Shown here piece by piece: positions 62,723-64,000 of a stretch of DNA of 64,000 nucleotides. Source of the stretch: an uncultured Oscillochloris sp. (GTDB lineage Bacteria > Chloroflexota > Chloroflexia > Chloroflexales > Chloroflexaceae); NCBI GenBank assembly GCA_964555675.1, contig CAZKTU010000006.1, forward strand, positions 993-64,992. The letters run 5' to 3'. Made by a program: the position numbers and the translations under genes. The number at the start of each line of letters is the position of its first letter. Within the stretch, counting starts at the first letter, position 1. The notes under the pieces were generated by a model. The model searched no databases, was not told where the DNA came from, and saw only the letters and a program-made list of their open reading frames with translations.

Positions 62723-62924
62723 AGCGCCTCAGTAAATGGTTTTGCCCTCCCCTGTGCCAACGGGGCGCAGAAAACGCCGTACCTCCTCTTGACACCGACC
62801 GTATAATCAGCATATACTTTTACACATTATCCTGGGGCCGGTGTGTGCGCACAGTTCAGCGCCCCTACTACCGTAAACTTTTCCCCTCCCCACCGCTCTG
62901 CAAGGGACAGCAGGAGGCGTGAGC

Positions 62925-64000
62925 ATGGCTACGATGAGCCTGCAAGCCGCATACGATCAGGCCCGCAGCTACCTCGAGGCCAACCAGGTCGAGCAGGCGA
63001 TCGGTGTGGCGCAGCATATCCTCGAGTACTTCCCCGAGAATCTTGAGGCCCACCGCATCCTCGGCGAGGCGTACCTGGCCAGCCGTCAGTTCGACCAGGC
63101 GGAGCTGGCTTTCGGCCGAGTTCTCCACGCCGACCCCGAGAACATTCCCGCCCATGTGGGGCTGGGCATCACGTTCGAGCGCCAGGCCAAGCTGGATCGG
63201 GCCGTGGCCGAATTCGAGCAAGCCCTCGAGGTGCGGCCCGACATGCCCGAGCTGCGCGGCCAGTTGCTGCGCCTGTACACAGACCTGTGGGGCGCCGAGG
63301 GCGCAACGCTGCGTTTGAGTCGCCCCGGCCTGGCCCGCCTGTACGCCAAGGGTCACATGTTGCCCCAGGCGATCCAGGAGTTCCGCAGCGTGATCGAGGA
63401 GCACCCCGACCGCTTCGACGCCCGGGTCGGCCTGGCCGAGGCCCTCTGGCGGGATGGTCAGACCGATGCGGCCGCAGAGGCCTGCGAGGCGATCCTGGCC
63501 GAGCGGGCCGACGTGCTCAAGGCCAACCTGCTGCTCGGCCACATCAGGCTGGGCGCCGGCGACGAGAGCGGCGAGCCCTACTGGCGTCTCGCCCAGCAGC
63601 TCGACCCCTACCAGCAGGTCGCGCGCACACTCTTCGATGCCCTGCCCGATGTGACGCCGCCCGACCTCGACATCCCGGCCTGGGATGAGACAGTCTGGCT
63701 CGAGGCGCGGGCCCGCGAGGAAGAGGAGCGCCGCGCGCCGGCGGCCGAGGCCCTGGCTTTGCAGGCGCCCGCCGTTGCGGCGGCGGCGGCCACAGGCGAT
63801 GACGCCTTCGAGTCCTGGCTCGACGAGGTCGACGAGGTCATCGATGAGGCGCCGGTCAGCGGTCCGACCGCGGCCCCCCTGGTCCAGAACGACGACTTTC
63901 TGGCGAGCCTGCTGGCCCTCGACACGCCCCCGCTGCCCGCCGAAGTGGGCAGCGACCTCGACTCGAGCAGCGGCGTTACGCCCTTCAGCTTCGACGACCT
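62925..64000 (+). CDS. TPR repeat protein (N-terminal part; ORF runs off the window end)
   Basis: The ATG at 62925 has AGGAGG 7 nt upstream. My translation gives MATMSLQAAYDQARSYLEANQVEQAIGVAQHILEYFPENLEAHRILGEAYLASRQFDQAELAFGRVLHADPENIPAHVGLG..., with TPR-like 34-aa periodicity followed by an acidic Ala/Pro-rich region. There is no stop before 64000, so it is absent from the supplied ORF track. Confidence 0.75.
   Translation, partial: MATMSLQAAYDQARSYLEANQVEQAIGVAQHILEYFPENLEAHRILGEAYLASRQFDQAELAFGRVLHADPENIPAHVGLGITFERQAKLDRAVAEFEQALEVRPDMPELRGQLLRLYTDLWGAEGATLRLSRPGLARLYAKGHMLPQAIQEFRSVIEEHPDRFDARVGLAEALWRDGQTDAAAEACEAILAERADVLKANLLLGHIRLGAGDESGEPYWRLAQQLDPYQQVARTLFDALPDVTPPDLDIPAWDETVWLEARAREEEERRAPAAEALALQAPAVAAAAATGDDAFESWLDEVDEVIDEAPVSGPTAAPLVQNDDFLASLLALDTPPLPAEVGSDLDSSSGVTPFSFDD

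Noticed and set aside
62789-62807. Consensus-looking TTGACA and TATAAT hexamers.
   Set aside because: They are only 7 nt apart, which is incompatible with a sigma-70 promoter. TATAAT alone has no TG extension or properly spaced -35.
62552-64000. Possible genomic island integrated at tRNA-Pro.
   Set aside because: There is no integrase, no direct repeat of the tRNA 3-prime end, and no mobile-element genes within the visible 1.4 kb. The downstream gene is an ordinary high-GC TPR protein.

Overview
64-kb chromosomal segment, roughly two-thirds G+C and densely coding. I call about 52 protein genes and one tRNA-Pro(GGG). I saw no rRNA, CRISPR array, transposase, integrase or prophage genes. The gene content suggests a Chloroflexota-like genome, possibly a filamentous phototroph: Chlor_Arch_YYY/DUF2298 giant membrane proteins, mevalonate kinase, a PucC/BCD-family MFS, a Flp/TadE-type prepilin leader and near-leaderless promoters. 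Taxonomy cannot be proven from this window alone. Gene order: iron(III) ABC transporter (100-3935); two tandem AI-2E permeases; a sigma-like factor; IclR plus glycerate kinase; an SDR; HtrA; a secreted DPBB/golvesin-like protein. Then a minus-strand run: small GTPase, DUF4388, DUF1385, two membrane proteins, mnmA, mvk, multicopper oxidase. Then an AT-rich island; guaA; a CBM48 protein; an 834-aa and a 2636-aa DUF2298 gene pair (23983-34397). Then a SufR-like regulator with sodA; DJ-1; GT2; a 797-aa prepilin-leader PASTA-like repeat protein; topoisomerase IB; an AGPS-like oxidase with glpD; ackA-pta; a beta-CASP hydrolase. Then a three-gene two-component operon (hybrid kinase, LuxR regulator, HD-GYP regulator), divergent from a copper-chaperone operon. 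Finally a stand-alone rpoA next to rho; an amidase; PucC-like MFS; trpA; a small Lrp-type ligand-binding protein; a histidine kinase; tRNA-Pro; and a partial TPR gene. The most unusual items are the translationally coupled four-module GT-C-like/YYY membrane locus and the pilin-leader PASTA-array protein. Lesser items are a SufR homolog paired with sodA instead of suf genes, a copper operon led by a leaderless-looking His/Cys-rich ORF, an rpoA copy outside any ribosomal operon, and a family of GC-rich intergenic stem-loops. All functional calls come from reading motifs by eye; no database search was run.
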